Source: an uncultured Faecalibacterium sp. (lineage in GTDB: Bacteria > Bacillota > Clostridia > Oscillospirales > Acutalibacteraceae). From it: a DNA stretch of 64,000 nucleotides. The stretch is from the NCBI GenBank assembly GCA_964397395.1, contig CAYNIN010000001.1, positions 1,353 through 65,352 on the forward strand. The letters are read 5' to 3'. Below the pieces are notes generated by a model. It was not told the origin of the DNA and searched no databases. It saw only the letters and a list, made by a program, of their open reading frames with translations. Positions 28,050-37,237 of the stretch are shown here, in pieces. The number at the start of each line of letters is the position of its first letter. Position 1 is the stretch's first letter. The position numbers and the translations under genes are program-made.

Positions 28050-30638
28050 TCACCCCTTTGCATCATACCAGGTCTTTCCGCAGTGGACATCGGCAAGAAG
28101 TTTGACTTTCATCTTGCAGGCGTTTTCCATTTCCTGCTTGAGAATGACTTCAACTGCCTGTCTGTCCTTTTCGCTGCACTCAACAATAAGTTCGTCGTGA
28201 ACCTGCATAATGAGTTTTGCGTCAAGTTTTTCTTTTTTGAGCCGGACACTGACTTTTATCATTGCGATTTTGATTATATCGGCGGCAGTTCCCTGAACGG
28301 GCATATTCTTTGCAACTCTTTCGCCGAAAGCCTGAAGCATTTTATTGCTTGCGGAAAGTTCCGAAAGGTATCTTCTTCTGCCGAACATGGTGCTGACAAA
28401 GCCGTCTTCTCTTGCTTTCTCAACAGTCTTTTCAAGATAGTTTCTGATACCGCTGTAATGGTGAAGATAACCCTTTATATAGTTATCCGCCTCTTTCCTC
28501 GTTACGCCGATATCCTTTGCAAGTGAGAAAGCACCGATACCGTAAACAATACCGAAGTTTACCGCCTTTGCTCTGCTTCTCATAAGAGGAGTTACCATAA
28601 ATAAGGGCATATTGAAAACCTCGGAGGCAGTAATTGCGTGAATATCCTCTCCGTCATTGAAAGCCTGTATCATTGCGCTGTCATTTGACAAGTGAGCAAG
28701 AACACGCAGTTCAATCTGTGAATAGTCGGCATCGACAAGAACTTTGCCCTCAGCGGCACAGAAGAATTTACGCATTTCTCTGCCGAGTTCCGAGCGCACG
28801 GGAATATTCTGCAAATTGGGCTCTGCGGAAGAAATTCTGCCCGTTCTCGTTTCCGTCTGATTAAGAGTTGAACGGATTCTGCCGTCAGAGTCAATAACCT
28901 TCAAAAGTCCCTCGCAGTAGGTGGACTTGAGTTTTGATATTGCTCTGTATTCGAGAACGTCGGCAATAATGGGATAATCCGCCGAAAGTTCTTCAAGAAC
29001 TTCCGCATTGGTGGAATAACCGCTTTTTGTTTTCTTTCGGCAGGGTATGAGCAAATCTTCAAAAAGCACCTTGCCGAGTTGTTTGGGTGAGTTGATATTA
29101 AACTCCTCACCTGCCAGGGTATAAATTCTCTGTGTCAGTTCTTCAGCCTTTTCCGTCATAAGTTCGCCGAATTTTTCAATGCCCTCTTTGTCAACGAGGA
29201 AGCCTACCCTTTCCATATCGGCAAGAACTTCTGCAAGAGGCATTTCAATTTCATAGAAAAGTTCCGTCTGTCCGTTTTCTTCCATAAGGGAGAGAAGTTT
29301 ACCGCACAAATCTCTGAAAGAAGCACAGACAACCGCCTTTTCTTTAAACTCATCTGCACAGTCCACATCACAAAGCACCCCGTACTCCTGACAGAGTCTG
29401 TCAGCCTCATAAGAGTTTGCCGAGGGGTTGAGAATGTAGCCTGCAAGAGAGGTATCCATTTTTACGTTTTTAACTTCAACGTTCTTTTTCTTTGCAAATT
29501 TATAAAGAGCCTTGACGTCACTTGTATATTTTTCACTGTCACCCGAAAGGAAGGCGCAGACAAATTCTTCAAAGTCCAGGCAGTCCGAAGCAACATACTT
29601 CACCTTATCCTCAAAGGAGAACCAGAATTCCTTTATGCCCTTTTCATCAAAGAAGGTATTGAAATACGCCTTACCCTCTTTTTTGATTTCACCGAGAAGC
29701 AAAGGCAAATCTCTTTCTTCAATGAAAGACTTTTTCTCTTTTTCCTCCACCGTTAAAGCGGTGTTCTTTTCTGCCGTAAGACCCAGCTTTTCGATTATAC
29801 CGAACATTTCAAGATTTACAAGTATGGAAATTGCTTTCTTTGCGTCAATCTCACCGATACTGTAAGTTTCCATATTCAGACAAACGGGTGCTTCAAGACA
29901 GATTGTGCCGAGAGTACGGCTTAAGAAAGCGTTGTCCTTATCGGCAAGAAGTTTATCGTGAACGCCTTTTTTGATTTCGAGTTCCTCAAGGTGCTCATAG
30001 ATGTAGTCGATACTGCCGTACCTTGCAATAAGGTCGCCTGCGGTTTTCTGTCCCACACCTGCAACGCCGGGAATATTATCCGAGGAGTCGCCCATGAGAG
30101 CCTTAATTTCAATCATACCCTTGGGCTCAACGCCGTAATCTTCCATTATTTTTTCTTTATCGTATACGGTGGTAATGGCTTTGCCCATTTTTGTTGAGGC
30201 AAGAAGTACCTTTGTGGTATCGCTCACAAGTTGCAGAGAGTCACGGTCACCCGTTGCAATAAAGCACTCGTCCCCTTCCTTGCACTGAGCCGAAAGAGTA
30301 CCGAGAATATCGTCGGCTTCGTAGCCTTCTTTTTCTACGATTGTGTAACCTAAAGCGGTGAGCAGTTCCTTTAAAATGGGCATCTGACTGCGCAGTTCTT
30401 CAGGCATACCCTTTCGTCCTGCTTTATACTCGGAGTACATCTTATGTCTGAAAGTGGGAGCCTTCAGGTCAAAGGCAATTGCCACCTTATCGGGCTGACA
30501 CTCCTCACGGAGTTTAATGAGAATATTAAGAAAGCCGTAGATACCGTTGGTAAACTGACCGTCTTTGTTTGTCAGAAGTTTGATACCGTAAAAGGCTCTG
30601 TTGACAATACTGTTTCCGTCAAGAACAAGAAGTTTCAT
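28050..30638 (-). CDS. polA: DNA polymerase I
   Basis: 862 aa. 5'-nuclease domain (LLVLDGNSIVNRAFYG), then the polymerase motifs DYSQIELRVLAH, RSRAKAVNFGIVYG and QVHDELIVE. I chose the ATG at 30638, 6 nt after AGAGGTG. Confidence 0.93.
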   Translation of the reverse strand: MKLLVLDGNSIVNRAFYGIKLLTNKDGQFTNGIYGFLNILIKLREECQPDKVAIAFDLKAPTFRHKMYSEYKAGRKGMPEELRSQMPILKELLTALGYTIVEKEGYEADDILGTLSAQCKEGDECFIATGDRDSLQLVSDTTKVLLASTKMGKAITTVYDKEKIMEDYGVEPKGMIEIKALMGDSSDNIPGVAGVGQKTAGDLIARYGSIDYIYEHLEELEIKKGVHDKLLADKDNAFLSRTLGTICLEAPVCLNMETYSIGEIDAKKAISILVNLEMFGIIEKLGLTAEKNTALTVEEKEKKSFIEERDLPLLLGEIKKEGKAYFNTFFDEKGIKEFWFSFEDKVKYVASDCLDFEEFVCAFLSGDSEKYTSDVKALYKFAKKKNVEVKNVKMDTSLAGYILNPSANSYEADRLCQEYGVLCDVDCADEFKEKAVVCASFRDLCGKLLSLMEENGQTELFYEIEMPLAEVLADMERVGFLVDKEGIEKFGELMTEKAEELTQRIYTLAGEEFNINSPKQLGKVLFEDLLIPCRKKTKSGYSTNAEVLEELSADYPIIADVLEYRAISKLKSTYCEGLLKVIDSDGRIRSTLNQTETRTGRISSAEPNLQNIPVRSELGREMRKFFCAAEGKVLVDADYSQIELRVLAHLSNDSAMIQAFNDGEDIHAITASEVFNMPLFMVTPLMRSRAKAVNFGIVYGIGAFSLAKDIGVTRKEADNYIKGYLHHYSGIRNYLEKTVEKAREDGFVSTMFGRRRYLSELSASNKMLQAFGERVAKNMPVQGTAADIIKIAMIKVSVRLKKEKLDAKLIMQVHDELIVECSEKDRQAVEVILKQEMENACKMKVKLLADVHCGKTWYDAKG

Positions 30639-30721
30639 TTTTCGCACCTCTTAAATTTGTGTTGGTAATAGTATAACACAAATTTTTCCATAAAGATATA
30701 CAAATATAAGATTTTTTATGC

Positions 30722-30753
30722 GTAAAAAAGGAACGGACATTTCTGCCCGTTCC
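30722..30753 (-). terminator. Terminator after the zinc-ribbon membrane protein gene
   Basis: Stem ggaacgg / ccgttcc, followed by a U-run on the minus strand. Confidence 0.6.
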
Positions 30754-30816
30754 CGTGAGGTTATTTGATTTTGACAATTTAAATAATCCCTTGAAATACA
30801 AAAAATATATTTTAAA

Positions 30817-31416
30817 TTACTCAATTTCTATTGTAAAAGTGATAGGATCATCAAATCCTAAAAACTCGCTGATTTCAACTTCAATGGCAGTTTCTTCATC
30901 ATTGAGTATATATGCCTGCTGTACATCAATAGTTGCACCCGGTTTTATTGTTTTTGACTGATTGTCTGTATCGTAGTTGTCAATCTCATATGAAAAGAAT
31001 TCTTTTTCAAGCTCTATCCCGTTCTGAAAGCATTGATCATACATGGAAACATCGAAACTTGCATCAGATTCCGACTTATTTGTGAAAGTGTAAGTTATAA
31101 CTATGACCTTCTCATTCTCGGAGTTTTCTTCATAAAAATGATCTTTAATAACCACATTATAAGAGCCAACATCTCCAAATTCTTTTTCGGGTTCTTCTTC
31201 AGATGAGCCTATACCTATAAAAATGGCAATAATAAGAACGATAATTATGGCAATTAAGCAACCTCGTTTCTTTCTTTTCGGCACAATGTTGTTAACTTGA
31301 ACAACTTGAGTTGTTTTCTGCACTTGATCAGGCTGAGCCTCAAAAGGCGTACCGCAATTAGTGCAATTTACAGCGGTATCTTCGTGTTGTGTTCCACATT
31401 TTTGACAAAATTTCAT
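30817..31416 (-). CDS. Zinc-ribbon / single-TM protein with an extracellular beta-rich domain (DUF4352-like)
   Basis: N-terminal CxxC..CxxC (MKFCQKCGTQHEDTAVNCTNCG), a TM helix (CLIAIIIVLIIAIFIGI), and a ~125-aa C-terminal domain. Confidence 0.6.
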   Translation of the reverse strand: MKFCQKCGTQHEDTAVNCTNCGTPFEAQPDQVQKTTQVVQVNNIVPKRKKRGCLIAIIIVLIIAIFIGIGSSEEEPEKEFGDVGSYNVVIKDHFYEENSENEKVIVITYTFTNKSESDASFDVSMYDQCFQNGIELEKEFFSYEIDNYDTDNQSKTIKPGATIDVQQAYILNDEETAIEVEISEFLGFDDPITFTIEIE

Positions 31417-31573
31417 TTTTCATGTCTCCTTTGTTTTTCATTTGAGAGCAGTGGTGGAAATACTGCTCCTATTGATATGATAAATACTATCATATTTAAT
31501 ATTTTATCTGTATTTCAGATAAAAGTCAATATCTGTATTCAAGATATTTATAATAATTACAGGTGATATATAT

Positions 31574-31804
31574 ATGATTTTTAAAAATGTACGTGCTTTA
31601 CGTGAAGACAGGGATTTAAAGCAACGTGAAATTGCCAAAATCCTTGGCATGTCGCAAAACACTTACTCACAATACGAAACAGGAGTCATAGCTTTTACTG
31701 ATCAGGTGCTCATTAAACTTGCCGATTATTACGGAGTCAGCGTGGATTATCTAATGGACAGAACACAAACAAAAGAGCCTTATCCTACACAATCAAAAAA
31801 TTAA
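31574..31804 (+). CDS. XRE-family helix-turn-helix transcriptional regulator
   Basis: 76 aa. LREDRDLKQREIAKILGMSQNTYSQYETG is a classic Cro/C1 HTH. It is divergent from the zinc-ribbon gene. Confidence 0.8.
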   Translation: MIFKNVRALREDRDLKQREIAKILGMSQNTYSQYETGVIAFTDQVLIKLADYYGVSVDYLMDRTQTKEPYPTQSKN

Positions 31805-31839
31805 ACCTGACATTTATTAAGTGTCAGATTTTGCCATAC

Positions 31840-31870
31840 AACAAAAAGCAGGGCTACAAACCCTGCTTTT
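31840..31870. terminator. Bidirectional terminator between the XRE gene and the CDF transporter gene
   Basis: Stem agcaggg / ccctgct, flanked by an A-run and a T-run. Confidence 0.6.
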
Positions 31871-31871
31871 C

Positions 31872-32780
31872 TTAATGGTGGTGATGATGGTGATGATGAC
31901 CGTGAGGGGTCTCGCCCGTAATACAGCACTTTTCTTCGTGGCAGTGCTCCGAAGTGCTCTCAAGCTCAAGAGTTGAATGAACTATACCGTGTTCCTTCAG
32001 TTCCTCCCGTACTGCATCTTTAATTTTGTGGGGGTCTTCGTCGGTAACGATGTGCATTGTGGCATAGTTGCGGTAGCCGTCAATACTGCGTATATGGATA
32101 TGGTGAACATCGGCAACACCTTCGATTTCGCAAAGGTGCTCTTTAATTTCACTCACGGAAATGCTGTCGGGTGTTTTCTCAAGAAAAAGGTCTGTAACGG
32201 TTTTAAGGTTTTTCACAGCGTTTACCAGTATGAAAACAGCAACACCGATTGACATAAGCGGGTCAATAATTGGAATATCCGTAAAGCGCATTATTACGGC
32301 ACCGATAAGAACAACAACCCAGCCAAGCACATCTTCAAGCATATGAAGATTTACTGCTTTCTGATTAAGAGAGTCGCCTTCTCTGGTGAAATACGCCGCA
32401 AGGAAATTTAAGGCAGCGCCGAAAAGGGCAAAAATTATCATTCCGTTATAATTTATTTCCACGGGAGTTATAATACGGCAAACTGCATTATATATAACGG
32501 CAACAGAACCGACAAGCAAAATCACCGTTGTGATAACGCTTCCCACAACGGAGTATCTTATATATCCGTAGGTGTAGTTATCATCGGGCTCCTTTTTGCT
32601 TTTCTTTTCAAGGAAATACGACAGACCTATACTCGCCGCATCGCCCATATCGTGAACTGCATCGGAAACAATAGCAACGCTTCCCGTTATGGCTCCGCCG
32701 ATAAATTCAAAAATTGAAAAAGAAAGATTAAGAATAAATGCAATTAAAATATTTCTTTGTGTTTTCACAAAATACCTCAC
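31872..32780 (-). CDS. Cation diffusion facilitator (Zn/Co/Cd efflux, CzcD/ZitB-like) with a native C-terminal His8 tail
   Basis: 6 TM helices, SDAVHDMGD and HMLEDVLGW metal-site motifs, a cytoplasmic C-terminal domain, and a ..HGHHHHHHHH end. The GTG start overlaps the arsR-family stop (GTGA). Confidence 0.88.
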   Translation of the reverse strand: MRYFVKTQRNILIAFILNLSFSIFEFIGGAITGSVAIVSDAVHDMGDAASIGLSYFLEKKSKKEPDDNYTYGYIRYSVVGSVITTVILLVGSVAVIYNAVCRIITPVEINYNGMIIFALFGAALNFLAAYFTREGDSLNQKAVNLHMLEDVLGWVVVLIGAVIMRFTDIPIIDPLMSIGVAVFILVNAVKNLKTVTDLFLEKTPDSISVSEIKEHLCEIEGVADVHHIHIRSIDGYRNYATMHIVTDEDPHKIKDAVREELKEHGIVHSTLELESTSEHCHEEKCCITGETPHGHHHHHHHH

Positions 32781-33127
32781 TCAATAACGTGTTCAAGACC
32801 TAAATTGATTATCTCTCTGACGTGCTCGTCGTCAAGCATATAGAAAATTATTTTGCCTTCTCTTCTGCATTTAACAAGTTTTGATGCTTTTAGAATACGA
32901 AGCTGATGGCTTACGGCAGAGGTTGAAAGAGAAAGTATTGTCGCTATATCACTCACGCAAAGTTCCGTTCCCGAAAGAGCGAACAAAATTCTGATTCTGT
33001 TGGAGTCACCGAAAATTTTGAAAAGTTCCGCCAAATCAAAAAGCACGTTTTCATCAAGTTGACCTGCCTGAACTTTTTTGGCTTCCTCTTTTTCCAAGGC
33101 TAAAAAATCCTTGTTTTCTTCAAGCAT
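32777..33127 (-). CDS. ArsR/SmtB-family metal-responsive repressor
   Basis: FKIFGDSNRIRILFAL..LCVSDIA..LSLSTSAVSHQLRILK winged-HTH signature. I chose the ATG at 33127, 5 nt after AGAGGTG. It is translationally coupled to the CDF gene. Confidence 0.88.
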   Translation of the reverse strand: MLEENKDFLALEKEEAKKVQAGQLDENVLFDLAELFKIFGDSNRIRILFALSGTELCVSDIATILSLSTSAVSHQLRILKASKLVKCRREGKIIFYMLDDEHVREIINLGLEHVIE

Positions 33128-33284
33128 AAAAGCACCTCTTTTTATCATTTGAACAACTGTTCAAATATTATTATATGCATATACCTCTGTTTGTCAACAG
33201 ATAAATAAAAATTTTTAAAAAAGTAATGAAATTTATCCCCGTATGTGTTATAATATCAGATAGAATAAAAAAGGAAGATTATAA

Positions 33285-34253
33285 ATGAAAATTGGTGATA
33301 TAGAAATCAGTTCCCGCTCTGCAATTCTTGCCCCTATGGCAGGTGTTGCCGACAGAGCCTTCAGGGAACTTTGCGTGGAGTACGGCGCTTCTTACGTTGT
33401 CAGCGAAATGGTAAGCAGTAAAGGTCTTACAATGTGCGACAGAAAAAGCAAGGAACTGTTACTCCTTTCCGAAAAAGAACGACCTGCGGCGGCACAGATT
33501 TTCGGCTCCGACCCTGAGATTATGGCGGAAAGTGCAAAAAGTTGCCTTGCCTATAATCCCGACGCCATTGACATAAATATGGGGTGTCCTGCTCCGAAAA
33601 TTGCAGGAAACGGCGGCGGTGCGGCGCTTTCAAAAAATCCCGACCTTGCCGAAAGAATAATGAAAAGTGTTCGTAATGCCGTTGATATTCCCGTCACGGT
33701 AAAAATCCGTTTGGGCTGGGACAGCGAAAGCATCAACTGCGTTGAAATGGCACAAAGAGCCGAAAGGGCAGGTATTGATGCAATTACCCTTCACGGCAGA
33801 ACAAGAGCACAGATGTACGCTCCCTCCGTTGACCGTAAAATGATTGCGGAAGTTAAAAAGAATGTGAATATTCCTCTTATTGCCAACGGCGACATTACCG
33901 ACGGTTTATCTGCCGCACAGATGATTGAAGAAACGAACTGCGACGGCATTATGGTGGGCAGAGGCGCTTTGGGCAGACCCTGGGTCTTCAGTCAGATAAA
34001 CGCCTATCTTGAACACGAAGTCATTCTCCCCGAGCCACCCGTAAGCGAAAGAATGAGGGTTATGGTAAAGCATATAAAACGCATCTGCGAATATAAGGGT
34101 GAAAGAGTCGGTATCAGAGAAGCCAGAAAACACGCCGCCTGGTATATCAAAGGCATAAAAGGTGCCGCTTCTTACAGACAGCAGGTAGGTATGCTTGAAA
34201 GCATTGAACAACTTGAAGAATTAGCCTATAAAATTATGATAGAAAATTCATAA
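33285..34253 (+). CDS. dusB: tRNA-dihydrouridine synthase
   Basis: LAPMAGVADRAFR, INMGCPAPK and HGRTR motifs. 322 aa. Confidence 0.9.
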   Translation: MKIGDIEISSRSAILAPMAGVADRAFRELCVEYGASYVVSEMVSSKGLTMCDRKSKELLLLSEKERPAAAQIFGSDPEIMAESAKSCLAYNPDAIDINMGCPAPKIAGNGGGAALSKNPDLAERIMKSVRNAVDIPVTVKIRLGWDSESINCVEMAQRAERAGIDAITLHGRTRAQMYAPSVDRKMIAEVKKNVNIPLIANGDITDGLSAAQMIEETNCDGIMVGRGALGRPWVFSQINAYLEHEVILPEPPVSERMRVMVKHIKRICEYKGERVGIREARKHAAWYIKGIKGAASYRQQVGMLESIEQLEELAYKIMIENS

Positions 34254-34284
34254 ATACAGAGCATAAATGAAAGGACGAAGAAAT

Positions 34285-34740
34285 ATGAGTACACAACAGA
34301 AAGATTATCTTAAAAAAGGCATTTTATATTCCCTTACGGCAATTATCCTCTTTTGCAGCGGTTACATAATCGGCGCCCTCACAAATTCCGTTACGGCTAC
34401 AATTGACAAACCCATTGCCGTTGCCGCAACCGCCGAGGTCACAACTACCACATCAACCCCCGAAACAACAACTTCCACAACGGTTGCACCCACCACAACG
34501 GCTCCGACAACAACCGAGCCCACAACAGAAACCGCAACTACCACAACAGAGCCCACGACCGAGTCCGCAACACAGGGCGAAAATCAGGGTGCAGAAGAAA
34601 GAGTGTTCAACTGCTTCCTTATCGAAATGAAGGTTAATGCCCTTGAAGCTATCCGTGACCTTCTCAACATCGATTTTGTAACAACTGTTATTGATACAAT
34701 CGTTTCATTCTGTATGACCGTTGACTCACTTTTCGCATAA
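34285..34740 (+). CDS. Membrane-anchored protein with a Thr/Pro-rich linker and a C-terminal amphipathic module
   Basis: 151 aa. TM helix (ILYSLTAIILFCSGYIIGAL), a TTTSTPETTTSTTVAPTTTAPTTTEPTTE linker, and the C-terminus ALEAIRDLLNIDFVTTVIDTIVSF, which resembles the small-peptide family at 58-61 kb. I chose the ATG at 34285. Confidence 0.6.
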   Translation: MSTQQKDYLKKGILYSLTAIILFCSGYIIGALTNSVTATIDKPIAVAATAEVTTTTSTPETTTSTTVAPTTTAPTTTEPTTETATTTTEPTTESATQGENQGAEERVFNCFLIEMKVNALEAIRDLLNIDFVTTVIDTIVSFCMTVDSLFA

Positions 34741-34791
34741 AATTACATAAGTATTAACCCCACAGTTTTTTTCGACTGTGGGGTTTAATTT

Positions 34792-35511
34792 TTATCGGAG
34801 TTTTTCAATCATTCTGTCGGGGAAGTTGCCGATAAGGGAGTCTACTCCCCACTCGGCAAGACGCTCAATATCTTCATATTCGTTAACTGTCCAGGTGTTG
34901 ATTTCACAACCTGCAGAGTGCATTTCGTCAATGACTTCTTTGCTTAAAGTGATGTGCCAGGGATGACAGCACTGCACATTTCTTTCCCTTGTGTATTTGC
35001 CGAAATCCACAAGCCAGTCACCCGTGAGGAAGCCCCTCTTGATTTCGGGTGCAATTTTTTCGCAACGTTTAACAGTGAAGTGATTAAAGGAAGAGAAGAT
35101 TATTTTATCTTCAAGACCGAATTCTTTAATAAGGTCAGTCACCTTCCGTTCAATGCCCTCATACTCGTAAACACCTGTTTTAAGTTCAATGTTTGTTATA
35201 ATGTCGGTATCTTTTACAAGTTCGAAATATTCTCTCAAAGTGGGGATACCGCAAAAGCCGTAAACTCCTCTGAAAGCGGCGGAAGCATCGAACTTTTTAA
35301 GTTCTTCAAGAGTCATATCCTTAACAAGACCTTCGCCGTCGCAGGTTCTTTTAATATCTTCATCGTGAATGATAACAATTTCTCCGTCTTTTGTAAGATG
35401 AACGTCAAGTTCAATTCCGTCAACACCGATTTCAACTGCCTTTTCAAAAGCGAGCATTGTGTTTTCGGGGTATTTGCCTGAAAAACCTCTGTGAGCAAAA
35501 ATTTTTGACAT
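34792..35511 (-). CDS. Glycerophosphodiester phosphodiesterase
   Basis: AHRGFSGKYPENT, ELDVHLTKDGEIVIIHD and the C-terminal GVDSLIGNFPD are GDPD-family signatures. Confidence 0.88.
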   Translation of the reverse strand: MSKIFAHRGFSGKYPENTMLAFEKAVEIGVDGIELDVHLTKDGEIVIIHDEDIKRTCDGEGLVKDMTLEELKKFDASAAFRGVYGFCGIPTLREYFELVKDTDIITNIELKTGVYEYEGIERKVTDLIKEFGLEDKIIFSSFNHFTVKRCEKIAPEIKRGFLTGDWLVDFGKYTRERNVQCCHPWHITLSKEVIDEMHSAGCEINTWTVNEYEDIERLAEWGVDSLIGNFPDRMIEKLR

Positions 35512-35596
35512 TGGTAACACTTCCCTTTTTTTATTTTACAAGACGATTATACACCCTCCCCGATTTTTTGCAAGAGTAAAAAAGAAAAAATCAGGA

Positions 35597-35992
35597 TTAA
35601 TTCCTGACTTCTCCTTCACTTACCAGAACAATCCAACCGTGTTCAGAAAGGCTCTTAAGAACTTCCTCGGGTATATCCGACACCTCACCCTCACCGAGTT
35701 TAATAACCGCATACACTCCCGTCGAGCCGGGGTAAGACTCGTTTATACCGTCGTGAACAACCCATATTCTGTCACCCGTATCAATATTATTGAAAAGTTT
35801 TTCATTATCCTTTGTGTTATGCATAACGATGGGTGAGTTTTCTTTTATCATCATATATGAGCCGTTTTCTGCCACAAGACATCTTGCAACGGAAAAGCCA
35901 AAACCTCTTTGCACGGCTGAAAACAAAAGCGCTGTAAAAACAGTAGCCACAAGCAGAATTACACATATTACGGTAACAATTTTTTTCTTCAT
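35597..35992 (-). CDS. Membrane-anchored hypothetical protein
   Basis: 131 aa with an N-terminal TM/signal anchor and a GGAGG RBS. It lies 12 nt downstream of the preceding gene. Confidence 0.5.
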   Translation of the reverse strand: MKKKIVTVICVILLVATVFTALLFSAVQRGFGFSVARCLVAENGSYMMIKENSPIVMHNTKDNEKLFNNIDTGDRIWVVHDGINESYPGSTGVYAVIKLGEGEVSDIPEEVLKSLSEHGWIVLVSEGEVRN

Positions 35993-36004
35993 TAAAACTC
36001 CTCC

Positions 36005-36967
36005 TTAAAATATTCCCGGGATAATCTTTGCCGCGATGAAGCCTGCACCGAAGGAAACTGCATTTGCCACAAAAGAATAGATAATGTAAAACCTTGCTTT
36101 TCTCTCTTTGCTGCCGAGTTTTTTCATAAATGCCGAATAAAGCAGTGCTTCAAGGGCGAAGACGATAATTTCAAAGAAAATATAGTTATAAGTAAAAGCA
36201 AGATAACCCGAAGTGAAATTCACCGCATTTAAAAGAACGTTAAGTATTATCTGGGTTATGATATTGACGGCAGAAAGGAAAATAAGTTCATTTTTCTTTC
36301 TGAAGCCGAAAATAAGAGCAACTGCCGTTTCAATAATAATTGTTATCACAATACGTGCAAACAATGACAGAAGTTCTTTTGAATAATCGTAGGATTTTTC
36401 AGCCGTCAGTTCCTGACGGGTGGAGGCTTCAAACTGTTCAATACGTTCGTCGGTGCTGAGGGTTTCGTTATAATCCACAGTGCCGATTTCAATGCCCTGC
36501 ATATTAACCGTGTAATAAGTGTCAAAGGCGTATCTTTCATAAATTCCGCTGACGGCAAACTTTTCACTTTCGGGGTAATAGAGAAGAATTTTGAAACTGT
36601 GGGGCGGATAGTAAGTCCAGGCGAGTTCCTTATTTTCGCTGACTTTCCAGCCTGACTGCAAAAAGTAGTAACCGTCAGTATCTTTATAATCGACAAAGGC
36701 TTTCCAGATGTCGAAGTTTAGTTCTGAATATGAGTAATACTCGTTTTCATTGTGCCTTGCGTTTTCATCTTTTCCGTCCCATACCGCCGCAGGTCCCGTG
36801 CAGTCCGTTTCTGAAAGAAGAGTTCCGTAGCAAAGTTCGTCACCCATATTTTCAAAGATAATATGTACCGAAGCCTTGGGACCTATATCCGCATAAGCCG
36901 TTAAACTCATACACATAAGCACCGTTAAAATACAAAGTGCCCAATAAAACAATCTTTTGATTTTCAT
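36005..36967 (-). CDS. Hypothetical membrane protein (signal peptide, ~190-aa extracytoplasmic domain, 4 C-terminal TM helices)
   Basis: 320 aa. I recognise no family. Confidence 0.5.
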   Translation of the reverse strand: MKIKRLFYWALCILTVLMCMSLTAYADIGPKASVHIIFENMGDELCYGTLLSETDCTGPAAVWDGKDENARHNENEYYSYSELNFDIWKAFVDYKDTDGYYFLQSGWKVSENKELAWTYYPPHSFKILLYYPESEKFAVSGIYERYAFDTYYTVNMQGIEIGTVDYNETLSTDERIEQFEASTRQELTAEKSYDYSKELLSLFARIVITIIIETAVALIFGFRKKNELIFLSAVNIITQIILNVLLNAVNFTSGYLAFTYNYIFFEIIVFALEALLYSAFMKKLGSKERKARFYIIYSFVANAVSFGAGFIAAKIIPGIF

Positions 36968-37237
36968 TGTTATCCCCCTTGCTGTGTTTTCTTCACTTTA
37001 TAAGATAAATTTTTCTGCTGTTTTGTTGCATATCCCATAAAAAAATAAAAGTTCCGACCTAAAGCCGAAACCAACACCCTCCTCTTACATATTTATTATA
37101 ACATACCTTGTCAAAAAATACAAGACTTGTATTTTACTGCTTTTAAGAGTAATATGTGTGTTGTCCCAATATTTTACAGTCGCAAACTCCGTTACGGTTT
37201 GTTTCAACCTGAAAATATAAAAATCGAGGTGATAAAA

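Noticed and set aside
31872-31901. An HGHHHHHHHH tail that looks like an engineered His-tag (possible cloning artefact).
   Set aside because: The codons alternate cat/cac irregularly and there is no linker or vector sequence. His-rich termini are common in native CDF metal transporters, and the flanking genes are native.
34403-34630. Pro/Gln-rich alternative-frame ORFs over the Thr-rich linkers (34403..34630, 13619..13876).
   Set aside because: They are frame-shifted readings of ACN-rich repeat DNA. The Thr-rich frame is continuous with signal/TM and C-terminal domains.
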